Numbered from the stretch's first letter, positions 43,607 through 53,815 are shown. The stretch is 64,000 nt of DNA from a bacterium (GCA_021816845.1 JAKAWT010000001.1:326087-390086), one strand, 5' to 3'. Notes: generated from the letters alone by a model not told the origin. Program-made: numbers and translations.

Positions 43607-44338
43607 ATGATAGATAAAATAGATATAGTAAAGCAAATCCCAATTGATAGATTTCCTAGGAATATCCTTATTATTCCTGATGGTAATGGAAGGTGGGCAA
43701 AAGAACATGGGAAAAATGTAACTGTAGGGCATAGGTTAGCAGCAGAGAGGATAAGAGATATACTTGAGGATCTAAAAGATTTAGATCAAATAAATACTAT
43801 CACTTTATGGGCATTCTCATCAGATAATTGGGTAAGAGATAAAAAAGAGATAAGAGGTATAATGATGATTTTAGAATACATGATACATAAATTAGAAAAA
43901 AGATTGATAGAGGAAGAAACAAGATTTATTCATATAGGGAGGAAAGATAGAATCCCAAGTTCATTGCTCAAAACAATAGCACTAACAGAAGAACATACAA
44001 AATCATTTAAAGGCAAGATTTTATCTTTAGCTATAGATTTTGGAGGGGAGGATCAAATTATAAGGATCATTGATAAATCAAGAAATTTAGATAGAAATAT
44101 TGTAATTGAAGGTGCTACTTTTAATGATTTTAAGGATGGGGGAGGATTAATACCTTCATCTGATTTAATAATACGAACATCAGGGGAAAGAAGAATATCA
44201 GATATAGGATGGTTTAATGGGAAATGTACTGAGCTATATTTTGAACCTAAATATTTTCCGGATGTTGGAACATCTGATATACTTGATGCTATATTAGATT
44301 TTTCAAAAAGGGAGAGAAGAATGGGTGGGAGAAAATAA
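43607..44338 (+). CDS. uppS: Undecaprenyl/polyprenyl diphosphate synthase
   Basis: IPDGNGRWA, AFSSDNW-x-R, DLIIRTSGERRIS. Confidence 0.95.
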   Translation: MIDKIDIVKQIPIDRFPRNILIIPDGNGRWAKEHGKNVTVGHRLAAERIRDILEDLKDLDQINTITLWAFSSDNWVRDKKEIRGIMMILEYMIHKLEKRLIEEETRFIHIGRKDRIPSSLLKTIALTEEHTKSFKGKILSLAIDFGGEDQIIRIIDKSRNLDRNIVIEGATFNDFKDGGGLIPSSDLIIRTSGERRISDIGWFNGKCTELYFEPKYFPDVGTSDILDAILDFSKRERRMGGRK

Positions 44339-44730
44339 TGAATTTTTCTCAAACCATGTAGCTATTTCTTTTCTTCCCCATTTATCTGTTTCGATCTGTA
44401 TTATCGTAGTTGCCAAATCTTTTTCCTGCAGTATAAGTATAAATGAGATGCCATTTAATTTAAGAAATAATATTGAAGATACTATAGCAGTACGTTTATT
44501 CCGTCTATAAATGGACGATTGAACATTATTGAACGAAGCAGTGACGATACCTTATCGAATATACTTGGATACAATTCCTTACCTCCAAAAACTGTCTGAG
44601 GCCTTAATACTGCTGATTCTAATAATCCTAAGGTTCTTAGACCATGTGTACCTCCATATCTGTCTATCTGATCTTCATGGATTATTAGAACTTGCTCAAT
44701 AGTTAAAAATACAGTAGGGTTGATATTTAT
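44303..44730 (-). pseudogene. doc: Death-on-curing (Doc/Fic) toxin pseudogene
   Basis: FLTIEQVLIIHEDQIDRYGG-x-x-GLR...LLESA-x-x-RP...NRPFIDG then a 1-nt deletion near 44499 before KRTA; catalytic His is Arg; start is ATA. Confidence 0.88.
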
Positions 44731-44963
44731 GCCAATTGTTCTAACGCATCTTTATAGTTATTATTGACATCTTCTAATAATTTTAAAAACTTTGGGTTAA
44801 AAGTGGTTTTAGTGGAATTTTCTTTTCTGATTAACAGAGAATTATTTATCAAATCTTCTTCAAGGAATACATATTTCCCTGCATCAAGTTTCATGTTATC
44901 TAATAATACTTTTGGTATTATTACACCTGTTGAATTACCTATACGAACTAACTTTTGTCTCAT
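44727..44963 (-). CDS. AbrB/MazE-family antitoxin
   Basis: KLVRIGNSTGVIIPK N-terminus; Y-x-DAL-x-x-LA C-terminus typical of Doc partners. Confidence 0.9.
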   Translation of the reverse strand: MRQKLVRIGNSTGVIIPKVLLDNMKLDAGKYVFLEEDLINNSLLIRKENSTKTTFNPKFLKLLEDVNNNYKDALEQLA

Positions 44964-44972
44964 AGTTATTAC

Positions 44973-44984
44973 ATGTTATAACAT
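44973..44984. promoter_or_regulatory. Palindromic operator candidate of the TA operon
   Basis: Perfect palindrome ATGTTATAACAT over the presumed -10 box, 9 nt from the antitoxin ATG. Confidence 0.6.
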
Positions 44985-45004
44985 TTTATCACTATGTCAA
45001 ATCT

Positions 45005-46129
45005 TTATTTTTTAAGTTCTATTATTTTTGAAAAAAATCCGGCGAATATTGTTTGTATTGATAATATAAATAGAGTTAACCCTAAGATTAGATGTCCTGA
45101 GTCAAGTAATGCTCCAAAATGATTTTGACTCCATTTTATATATGTATATATAAAAAGAAGGACACTTATAAAAAGTATAAGCAGTCCAAAAGATAATATC
45201 TTCTCTAATGTAAGTTTCTTAACGAACCTAGTAATCCAGTCTGGTTTTGTAAATTCTTCTATGGAGGAGTATTGTTTTGTTAAAAGTCCAAATATTAATA
45301 TATTATATCCTGTGATTGTTATTATTGATGCAATATATAGGACGTGGTAGTGGAGAACTCTCCCAAATATTTCAAATTGTCCTGGAGCTAGGAGTATAAA
45401 TATTAATACACCAAGTAAGAATAGTAGAAGCCCTGGGTATATGAACATATAATTTGTTCCTTGGGTTAACATAAAAGACAGATGCCTCCAACCATCTTTA
45501 AAGGTATGAAGTTTTGCTTCTGATCCATGCCTTGGATATAAGGTTATTGGAACCTCTGTAATTTTTAACTTAAGTTTTGATGCTTTTATTATCATTTCAG
45601 ATGCAAATTCCATACCTGTTGTTTGGAGATTTAATCTTTTATATGATTCTTGTGTAATTCCTCTCATTCCACATTGTGAATCTGAGATTCTAATATTATA
45701 GAAATGGTTAATTATGAATGTTAGGACCGGAACCCCGATTTTGTGAGATAATGGGGTAGCACCTTTTTCTATCTTTCCTCTCTTGTGTCTATCTCCTATT
45801 ACAAAATCATTACCAGCTTTAAGCTTTCTATAAAATTTAGGGATTTCTAAAAAATCATATGTATCATCTCCATCTCCCATTATCATATATTTACCGGAGG
45901 CTTTATCAAATCCTTTTTTAAGAGCATTTCCATATCCTTTTTCTTTTACCTTTATAACTACTGCACCAGCTTTTTTTGCAATCTCTCGAGATTTATCTGT
46001 TGATCCATTATCAGATACAATTACCTCTCCCTTTATTCTAAGAATTTTTATTGCCTTTAGTGCCTTTTTTACACAGACATTTATAGTTTGTTCTTCATTA
46101 AGGCAGGGTATTATTACAGATAATTCCAT
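45005..46129 (-). CDS. GT2 polyprenyl-phosphate sugar transferase with C-terminal TM domain
   Basis: IPCLNEE, DNGSTD, GYGNAL, MGDGDDTYD, GMEFASEM, DGWRHL. Confidence 0.9.
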   Translation of the reverse strand: MELSVIIPCLNEEQTINVCVKKALKAIKILRIKGEVIVSDNGSTDKSREIAKKAGAVVIKVKEKGYGNALKKGFDKASGKYMIMGDGDDTYDFLEIPKFYRKLKAGNDFVIGDRHKRGKIEKGATPLSHKIGVPVLTFIINHFYNIRISDSQCGMRGITQESYKRLNLQTTGMEFASEMIIKASKLKLKITEVPITLYPRHGSEAKLHTFKDGWRHLSFMLTQGTNYMFIYPGLLLFLLGVLIFILLAPGQFEIFGRVLHYHVLYIASIITITGYNILIFGLLTKQYSSIEEFTKPDWITRFVKKLTLEKILSFGLLILFISVLLFIYTYIKWSQNHFGALLDSGHLILGLTLFILSIQTIFAGFFSKIIELKK

Positions 46130-46163
46130 ATTATTTTGTATAAATAATATGTGATTATATCAT

Positions 46164-46817
46164 TTATTGAATAGTTAAGGATACAGTTTGATTATTAGTT
46201 GTATTCTCAAATATGAATTGTCCTCCATCAATATGAGATATGGCATAAGGTGTATTTTCCTGTATGGTTTTTGTATTTACAGCAAATGGAGGAGCTAATC
46301 TTACTGCAACATCAACATTTCCAGTTTTTGGATTAGTGTCTACCTCAAGATTAGATGTATATATTGGAACGTTTGTTCCTGTAATTGCACTAACTGTTTT
46401 TTCCCCTTTTTGTTGAAAGAAATTAGCATCAGAACTACCTTTTGGAAGTTGTATTACGATTGTTGGAGCAACAGGATTTGCAGTATTTGGTATCACTACA
46501 GCTTCTCCAGGCTTTAATCCATTGTTCAATACTTGTTGATAAGATACTCTTTGGACTGTATTTGGTTTGGGTTCCTGTACAGCTTCTGCAACTACACCGG
46601 CTGCTATAAGACCTGCAAGGCCCAACATTATCAATTTTGTTGTACTGGTTTTTTGTGGATTAGATTTTTTTCTCCTATTATTATGAATACTATCTGCTCT
46701 AGAATTATATTCTATATGTGATCTATGATGTACTCTTTGTGTAGTAGCATGACGATCATGATCGAAACCATAAATTCTTTGAAGTTCTTTTGCCGTTTTA
46801 GGTTCTCTTTCATCCAT
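46164..46817 (-). CDS. Single-pass membrane hypothetical protein
   Basis: Basic cytoplasmic tail, TM (LIMLGLAGLIAAGVVA), beta-rich external part. Confidence 0.7.
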   Translation of the reverse strand: MDEREPKTAKELQRIYGFDHDRHATTQRVHHRSHIEYNSRADSIHNNRRKKSNPQKTSTTKLIMLGLAGLIAAGVVAEAVQEPKPNTVQRVSYQQVLNNGLKPGEAVVIPNTANPVAPTIVIQLPKGSSDANFFQQKGEKTVSAITGTNVPIYTSNLEVDTNPKTGNVDVAVRLAPPFAVNTKTIQENTPYAISHIDGGQFIFENTTNNQTVSLTIQ

Positions 46818-46978
46818 AAAAGTATATAAATAATATTAATAAAAAATATTATTACATAACTTATAGTTTTTGTCAACAAGTTATAAATATCAATGATATA
46901 ATGTTGATTTAGTAGTATAATTTGAGTATATATGTTTTTAAGGATAATTATATAATTATGCCTATAGACTTGAGTAAT

Positions 46979-47101
46979 ATGGATACAGTTATTAGTGTAA
47001 GAGTAAATAAAGAGGTTAAAGAATATGCAAAAGAAGTCGCTAATTCTGCTGGGCTTACTCTAAGTTCTGTCTATACTCTTTCTGAGAACTATTATAAGTA
47101 A
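46979..47101 (+). pseudogene. Truncated RelB/DinJ-like antitoxin
   Basis: MDTVISVRVNKEVKEYAKEVANSAGLTLSSV is an RHH DinJ-type N-terminus; similarity ends where the convergent gene overlaps. Confidence 0.7.
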
Positions 47102-49690
47102 TAAGATAATAATTCCAACCAGAGATAATACAATTGCAATATTTACACTTTGTGGTTCGTAGGTTAGAACTATTTTATTTGATCCTTTTTTTATATATAT
47201 TCCATCAAAGATTCCGTTTGATCTATACAATGATATATTTTCCAAATTGTCATATGCTTTAAATCCTGGATAGAACAGTTCGTTTATTATTAAAAAAGAA
47301 TCATTATTTGTTTTTGCAGTGAATGATAGGGAGTTACCTATAATTTTATAATTTGTAATCTTTACATTAGAGTTATCATTAATATATTTAATAGGAGCAT
47401 TTGTTATAGCTTCGTTTGGTATATTTAGATTTTTCATCATATTAATCTCTACTTTTTCTGACACTCCCTTCTTAAATATCACTCTCCCTGGTGCATAGAC
47501 AATAGGGACTGGATTTTTTAGCTTGTATACTATAAATGGTGGAAGATATATTGAAAAAAGATTTTTCTGTAATACTAGGTTCTTAAATTTTTTATACTCC
47601 TGTTTACTCTCTATATATTTTGATATTATATTCCTTATGTTATTTTTTATGTTTATATGATATTCAGCTATGATAGTAGAAAAATTAACATCAAGATTAT
47701 ATAAAGTTTCTAGATTTTTACTTGATAACATATTTTCCTTTCTAAGATATGATGTTGCCAATTTATAAAATTTAATTTGGTTTGAACTTAGTATCTTCGT
47801 TCCTTCAAGGTTGGTACCATTTTTTACAATTACATATTTTACTGATGCTGTCTCTAGCCATTTAATACTCTTATTTGTTATATTATTTGGGAAGAAAAAT
47901 ATTATTAGCTCATTCTTCCCTATGTTGTTGTTGTATCGTATGTAACTATTGGGTGTTACAGGATCATATGATGCATATTCATTAAATGAAGATAGATCAT
48001 TAGTTTGTGGTGCAGCGTACATCCCTGTTGGAAGCACCCTATATTCTGTTGCCTTTTTAAAGATACTTATATAGCTATTTTCTGGGGATAAATATTTTTG
48101 ATTTGATATATTTATATATGTCCAATAGTTCTCAAAGTATGTAAAAAGAGGAAAAAGAGCGAATATCCCTATAACAGTAATGACAAATAAAGAAGTAAGA
48201 GATTCTCTTTTAATCATTTTCAAAAAATATATAACGAAAGTTGATATTGTTATCATCAATATAAATAAAAGTCCCTCATGTAGTATTGATGATCGTGCGG
48301 ATATTTCTATATAGGTTAGCTGTATTTTTGAGAAAGAATACAATATTAAAATGTCTAGAAGGGCAATAATAACTGTAAATACTAAGGTGTATTTAAGGAG
48401 AATTTTGTAATTTCTATTCCTTATTAGATAATATATAGAATCAAGTCCTATAAATATTAAAATTCCATATAATATAGGAATTACTCCATCTATTCTATGG
48501 TGCAACGTATCTTCAAGTAGAGGTAGTTTAAATATGAGATTGAAGATTGGTGCGTTTATTAATATACCTGTGATAATAAATATAAGTCCTAAGATAAAAA
48601 AAGCATTTACTCTTGTTTTCTTCCTTAAAAATGCAAATATACCTATAAAAAATGCTGGTAATCCTATATAAAACGATGTCTCATTAAAGTTTGATGCCAT
48701 CAATCCCAGTGCCCCTGGTATATTAACTGATTGAGGTGGACCAAATATTCCAGGGTATATAAATTTTAATAAATATACTGGATCAATAGAATCATATATT
48801 TTTGATGATGCTCCGGATCTAGCTATATAATAGAAAGAGCGTAGTAAGTCTACTATTGCAGGGTAAGTTTGTATTGCTGATATTAAGAATCCTAATAATG
48901 CTGAGATAAGAAGGTATAGTAACACCTTGATTTGTATTCTATGTTGATCCCCTGGATCTTGATCCTGTGAATCTAGATACTTTATCATTACAAAAAAAAG
49001 GTAGAGTATAACAGGTACTAGTAATATAAGAGACATTTCTATGGTTCCAGCAAGTAATTCCATAGCACAAATTAAGGATCCAAAAATTATAATTTTAGAT
49101 GGAGATAGTCTATTTTTATGAGAAAATGATTTTTCAAGAAGCCAGAAGATATATGGAAGCATTACTATTGCTGAAGACAGGGGCCAATAAAGCCATAAGG
49201 ATACGAATCCATTAAAAGCAAGGATTAAAGATCCTATTATCCTTACCGATGATTTTTTACTATACACTGATGCAAGAAGATACCCTCCAAATGCAAATAC
49301 TAAGATTTTTAAAAATACTTCTATTTGTAGTGCTAAAGCAACACTGAAAATAAAGAAGAAGGGGAGTATTAGTGGATAGAAAGCTTGAGATTGGTCGTTT
49401 CCAAGAAGTGGTAATCCTGCAAGATTATGGAATTGCCAGAGAGGCAGTGTAAAATTTTTAAAATCATTAGATACTTCATATGCCCAAGGAAATGTATTTA
49501 GTAATACATCCTCATAATTTACTGTTTTAATGCTTATAGAACTTGTTACATTATGGTACAAAGGCATTATTTTGTATGCATATTTAGGAAACATTACCTT
49601 TGAGAGTAAAACAGGGTAGAAAAATAATACTATGACTGCGAATATTATTATAAGATCACGAATAATATTCTTTTTTCTTGGTTTGTTCAT
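47060..49690 (-). CDS. YfhO-family GT-C membrane glycosyltransferase
   Basis: PLW-x-x-x-x-x-x-GLPL, FYP, E-x-x-FYIG, C-terminal ELFYPGFKA...NGIFDGI...G-x-x-x-IVLTYEP. Confidence 0.85.
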   Translation of the reverse strand: MNKPRKKNIIRDLIIIFAVIVLFFYPVLLSKVMFPKYAYKIMPLYHNVTSSISIKTVNYEDVLLNTFPWAYEVSNDFKNFTLPLWQFHNLAGLPLLGNDQSQAFYPLILPFFFIFSVALALQIEVFLKILVFAFGGYLLASVYSKKSSVRIIGSLILAFNGFVSLWLYWPLSSAIVMLPYIFWLLEKSFSHKNRLSPSKIIIFGSLICAMELLAGTIEMSLILLVPVILYLFFVMIKYLDSQDQDPGDQHRIQIKVLLYLLISALLGFLISAIQTYPAIVDLLRSFYYIARSGASSKIYDSIDPVYLLKFIYPGIFGPPQSVNIPGALGLMASNFNETSFYIGLPAFFIGIFAFLRKKTRVNAFFILGLIFIITGILINAPIFNLIFKLPLLEDTLHHRIDGVIPILYGILIFIGLDSIYYLIRNRNYKILLKYTLVFTVIIALLDILILYSFSKIQLTYIEISARSSILHEGLLFILMITISTFVIYFLKMIKRESLTSLFVITVIGIFALFPLFTYFENYWTYINISNQKYLSPENSYISIFKKATEYRVLPTGMYAAPQTNDLSSFNEYASYDPVTPNSYIRYNNNIGKNELIIFFFPNNITNKSIKWLETASVKYVIVKNGTNLEGTKILSSNQIKFYKLATSYLRKENMLSSKNLETLYNLDVNFSTIIAEYHINIKNNIRNIISKYIESKQEYKKFKNLVLQKNLFSIYLPPFIVYKLKNPVPIVYAPGRVIFKKGVSEKVEINMMKNLNIPNEAITNAPIKYINDNSNVKITNYKIIGNSLSFTAKTNNDSFLIINELFYPGFKAYDNLENISLYRSNGIFDGIYIKKGSNKIVLTYEPQSVNIAIVLSLVGIIILLLIIVLRKSIDRT
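48939..48983. repeat. 15-nt palindromic-core array in a YfhO loop
   Basis: ctatgttgatcccct / ggatcttgatcctgt / gaatctagatacttt; encodes LDSQDQDPGDQH between TM helices. Confidence 0.8.
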
Positions 49691-49855
49691 AAACTATATT
49701 ATACAATAGCCCTAATATTATTGGTTAACACTATTTATGGGAATTACAGTAAGATAATTCAATGATTTCTTTATCTTGTAGATAAAAATAACTTCCCTAG
49801 AAGATTACTTTTGAATCTGTTCTTTTGGGTAAAAATAAACTATGATTTAATCTAT

Positions 49856-51955
49856 ATGATTAAACAATCTAAATTTGTGTTTTTAAATATTGTTTTTCTT
49901 CTTCTAATATTTTTATATATTTTATTATTTTTTGGAGTTTCTTCATCACTGATCTTTTTTCTCATTTTTATAATTATATGTTTATTCATATACATGGAAG
50001 ATGGAAGTATAAAAGATAGAATATTAAATTTTATACGTTTATATATAGAGAGTATATATAAATACAGTGGAGTAACTCTCATACCAATACTCTTTTTTAT
50101 TGCATACTCATTACATCCTCTTTATTTTCTTTTATACACTATATCCTTAATATTATTGATTATATTTCTAATTCTATCTTTCTTTCGTTCTCGTGTAGTA
50201 GGAGGGGAGAGTATAAGGTTTGGTAACGTAAAAGAAGAGAGTTCGGAGGAGTTTTTTTTAAGATTATCCATGTATGAACCATTTTCAATGCAGATTGAAA
50301 GGAGTTCTGATAAAGTCTTTGGAACATTACTAGTTTCAAAATCTAAATATCAGTTTGTTTTAGATTTATTACATTCATATTATCCAAATTTAAGCTTCCT
50401 TGGATCTGGTTCCTCTGAAACCAGTTATGTTGAAACTAATTCTCTTGAGCATAAACCACTTAAAAAATATTTCAGAGTAAAAAGTAGAATGTTAGTTGAT
50501 ACAAGTAAGGAAAGTTTTAGTAAGGTTATACCTATTTTATATGAAGAAAAAGATTTTAGAATAAGTTTTAATGTAATTAATCCTCTTATGTTGTCAGAAT
50601 CTTCTTTTGGGTATCTTGAAATTGAATCTGACGATGCTATTTTGATTGAAAGGATAAGGGCAATATATAAGATAGGGATTCCGCATCTAATTATTCAAAA
50701 TAAGGATATAGGCAATGTAATGAATTTTATAAAGGATAGAGAATATAGGAAAGATATGGAGAAAGAAACAATATCAATAATGCCCGATCAATCTTTTTTT
50801 AAACCTTCAGGATCTTTGCTTGGGTATTATAAAGATATATCAAGAGGTGTATTAAAAGAGGTATATATATCAGATGAAATGAGATTAAATCATTCATACA
50901 CTATTGGAAAGACAGGTGTTGGAAAATCTACTTTTCTTGTGAATTTAATACTTCAGGATATATATAAAGGTCACTCTGTCATAGTTCTAGATCCACATGA
51001 TCTTATTGATAGAATATTTAAATTTTACCCAAGTAATAAAAAAAATGATTTATACTTAATTGATTTTAAAAATCTAAAATATTCATTTAATCCTCTCTTA
51101 AATTTAAATAATATTGATATTTCTTTATTAGTTGATAGTATTGTTTCCGTATTCCATAATTTATATAAGGATTTCTGGGGACCTCAGAGTGAGGATATCC
51201 TACGTAGATCCTTATATGCATTAATTTTATATAACGATTCTAATAAATTTGGTGAGAAAGTGAATGTGAATTATTCTATATTAGATATAGAGGAGTTTTT
51301 AACAGATGAACACTTTAGGTTACAAGTACTCCAAAGGATAGAAGATGTAGAAGTTAAATATTATTTTGATACCATATATAAAAGTTGGGATCAAAGGTCA
51401 AGGAATGAGAAGATAGCACCAATTTTGAATAAAATAGGAAGAATAAAATCTGATAGAATTCTTAGAGAATTTTTATCAGGACCCTCTGAACAGTTGAATT
51501 TTAAAAAAGCTATGTTACAAGAGAAAGTTATACTGTTTGATCTTAAAAAGAGTGTTATGGGTGATGAAAATTCTAAGTTTTTAGGCTCATTACTTGTATC
51601 TCAAATACAAAATGAGATCATTATAAAGAATGGAGGACCAGAAGTATATTTATATATAGATGAATTTCAGAACTTTGTATCGGATAGTTTTTTATTCTTC
51701 TTCTCAGAAAGTAGGAAATTTAAAGTTTCTCTCAATATATCTAATCAGTACTTAACTCAAATCCCACAGGCTATAGCTGATGCTGTAATAGAGAATTCAG
51801 GAATATTCTATATATTTAAACAAGGAGAGAAATCGAGAGTGAAATTGTCTAAATATTTTAATTTTGAGATAGAAGATTTACCAAAATATTGTCTGTATGT
51901 CAAAATTTTAGATAATAATATTTTTACAATATCATCCAATGGAAAATATCAATAA
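49856..51955 (+). CDS. VirD4/TraD-like coupling ATPase with N-terminal TMs
   Basis: HSYTIGKTGVGKST, LDPH, FNPL, WGP, YIDEFQNF, SRKF...NQYLTQ. Confidence 0.85.
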   Translation: MIKQSKFVFLNIVFLLLIFLYILLFFGVSSSLIFFLIFIIICLFIYMEDGSIKDRILNFIRLYIESIYKYSGVTLIPILFFIAYSLHPLYFLLYTISLILLIIFLILSFFRSRVVGGESIRFGNVKEESSEEFFLRLSMYEPFSMQIERSSDKVFGTLLVSKSKYQFVLDLLHSYYPNLSFLGSGSSETSYVETNSLEHKPLKKYFRVKSRMLVDTSKESFSKVIPILYEEKDFRISFNVINPLMLSESSFGYLEIESDDAILIERIRAIYKIGIPHLIIQNKDIGNVMNFIKDREYRKDMEKETISIMPDQSFFKPSGSLLGYYKDISRGVLKEVYISDEMRLNHSYTIGKTGVGKSTFLVNLILQDIYKGHSVIVLDPHDLIDRIFKFYPSNKKNDLYLIDFKNLKYSFNPLLNLNNIDISLLVDSIVSVFHNLYKDFWGPQSEDILRRSLYALILYNDSNKFGEKVNVNYSILDIEEFLTDEHFRLQVLQRIEDVEVKYYFDTIYKSWDQRSRNEKIAPILNKIGRIKSDRILREFLSGPSEQLNFKKAMLQEKVILFDLKKSVMGDENSKFLGSLLVSQIQNEIIIKNGGPEVYLYIDEFQNFVSDSFLFFFSESRKFKVSLNISNQYLTQIPQAIADAVIENSGIFYIFKQGEKSRVKLSKYFNFEIEDLPKYCLYVKILDNNIFTISSNGKYQ

Positions 51956-52733
51956 GAATGACATTGTACTTGGATTGGTTCCAAGGGGACTGGTCCCAAT
52001 GGGACTGGCCCCAAAGATACTCAATTTTATAGACCAACATCCATTCGTATCGTCTTTGGATATTGCAACTTTTTTTTCTTTGGATATTAGGAGAGTTAGA
52101 AGTATAGTATCCAAACTTCAGAAAGAAAATTTTTTAGATTTTATTACAAAACCAGTATTTTTCATAAATAGTAATGTGAGGTATTTTTATACTACAAAAA
52201 AAGGTCATTTGATTGTGGGATCTGGTAGATCTGGATCTAAGGATAGATATATAAAGGCTGATAAAGATATTATAAATTTATATCTTGATCATAATGTAGA
52301 ATCCAACAAATTTTTTATTAGATTAAAAAAATATTCCATAGATAATAATTTAAATTTTGAGGATTGGGTGTCAGATTTAAATTTGATATTTAAATTTAAA
52401 TATAACAATAGATCATATACTCTAAAACCAGATGGTTTTTGTATACTTGGTAAGGATAATATATTTTTGGAACTTGATATGGCCACAGAGAGTTCTTTCC
52501 GTATATTTGAAAAGATAGATAGCTATTCTGCTTTTTATCTATCATATGAATATCTAAAATATTTTAAGAAAAATCCTTTTGTTATATTTTTAACTCCAAA
52601 TAAATACAGAGAGAAATTCTTGAAAGATAAAGTATCATATTTTATGGATACAAAGAAATACAAGAAAGAATTAAATTTTTTTAAATTTATAAACTTTAAA
52701 GATTTTCATCAAGATCCATCTATAGTATTATAA
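51939..52733 (+). CDS. Replication-relaxation (Replic_Relax) family protein
   Basis: wHTH-like N-terminus, LDH, KPDG, FLELDMATE, KI-x-x-Y. Confidence 0.8.
   Translation: MENINKNDIVLGLVPRGLVPMGLAPKILNFIDQHPFVSSLDIATFFSLDIRRVRSIVSKLQKENFLDFITKPVFFINSNVRYFYTTKKGHLIVGSGRSGSKDRYIKADKDIINLYLDHNVESNKFFIRLKKYSIDNNLNFEDWVSDLNLIFKFKYNNRSYTLKPDGFCILGKDNIFLELDMATESSFRIFEKIDSYSAFYLSYEYLKYFKKNPFVIFLTPNKYREKFLKDKVSYFMDTKKYKKELNFFKFINFKDFHQDPSIVL
51971..52015. repeat. 3 x 15-nt array with GGGAC-TG-GTCCC core
   Basis: tggattggttccaag / gggactggtcccaat / gggactggccccaaa; encodes GLVPRGLVPMGLAPK. Confidence 0.88.
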
Positions 52734-52747
52734 TATCAGATCTTTTT

Positions 52748-53815
52748 GTGGTAAAATACGAATTTGTTATGCAAGAGGCTTTATTTTTTGAAAAAGAAGA
52801 CACTCCTATAGAGGTAGTTCCTAGTAAGGAATCATCTTTAAGATTTTTCCATTACCAAGGGTTAGAAGAAGGTACATTAGAGTATCAAGAAGCCTTGGAT
52901 ATAGAGAGTATGATACTAGGAGGTATTGATACAATATCCATGTTTGAGATGTATGTAGAACGTCTAAATATTTTATCTAGAGATAAGAAATATTCTGGTA
53001 TTAGAAGCATAGAAGATTTAAAAAAATATGAAAAGATATCCCCTGCATATAGAGATCTACGTTTACTTATACAGGAATATTTTGGAGATTTTGTACCAGA
53101 TTATTTTAGAAGTAGGATAGATAGAGATTATAAGCAGAAAACTAGCTCATTCAGGAGTTCGTCATATTTTGTATCTACAAACCCAGAAGATGAGGTTTTT
53201 ACTCATAGATTTGAAATAGAGGCTCATACACAATTTATGCAGGAAGGATATAACAAAGTATCTCCTTCAAGACTTAGGGTGAGGGTGGCAAGAATACAAA
53301 AAGAAGGGGATCATTTTAAAAATATAGATTTTGCAGGTATAAGGATGGATATATTATCTATAGCTCCTGATAGACACCTTCTGGTTTATGATCTTGAATA
53401 TGATTATGGTGATTCTAAAGATAATGGAGTTGGCAAGATTTTTAGTTGTGTTTCTGATATTCTAATATCTTATTACAATGGAGATATAGATGTAAATGTT
53501 GCTGATTTCACTACAGGCATATTTCAACTCCAAATCAATATAGCCGAAGAAATGACTGGGTTCAAGTTTAGTAAGGATCCAATTGTCATACTAAACTATA
53601 TAAAAAATAATAGTAAGTATCATATAGATACTAATAAACGATATCCATTACAATCAAATTCTTCATATAGAATACTGTTCTCCCATATGGATGATGTAGA
53701 ACTTAGGATTATTTCAGAGAAGCAAAGGTTACATATTGATGGAAAAAGGTCTAAAATAAAGAGAGATAGATCCAAATCAAGAAGGACTAGGCCTCTATGG
53801 GATGATGATGAATAA
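52748..53815 (+). CDS. Hypothetical protein, possibly degenerate PD-(D/E)xK fold
   Basis: GIRMDIL...LLVYDLEY weakly resembles G-x-hD...hhhDhK; start may be 52769. Confidence 0.55.
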   Translation: MVKYEFVMQEALFFEKEDTPIEVVPSKESSLRFFHYQGLEEGTLEYQEALDIESMILGGIDTISMFEMYVERLNILSRDKKYSGIRSIEDLKKYEKISPAYRDLRLLIQEYFGDFVPDYFRSRIDRDYKQKTSSFRSSSYFVSTNPEDEVFTHRFEIEAHTQFMQEGYNKVSPSRLRVRVARIQKEGDHFKNIDFAGIRMDILSIAPDRHLLVYDLEYDYGDSKDNGVGKIFSCVSDILISYYNGDIDVNVADFTTGIFQLQINIAEEMTGFKFSKDPIVILNYIKNNSKYHIDTNKRYPLQSNSSYRILFSHMDDVELRIISEKQRLHIDGKRSKIKRDRSKSRRTRPLWDDDE

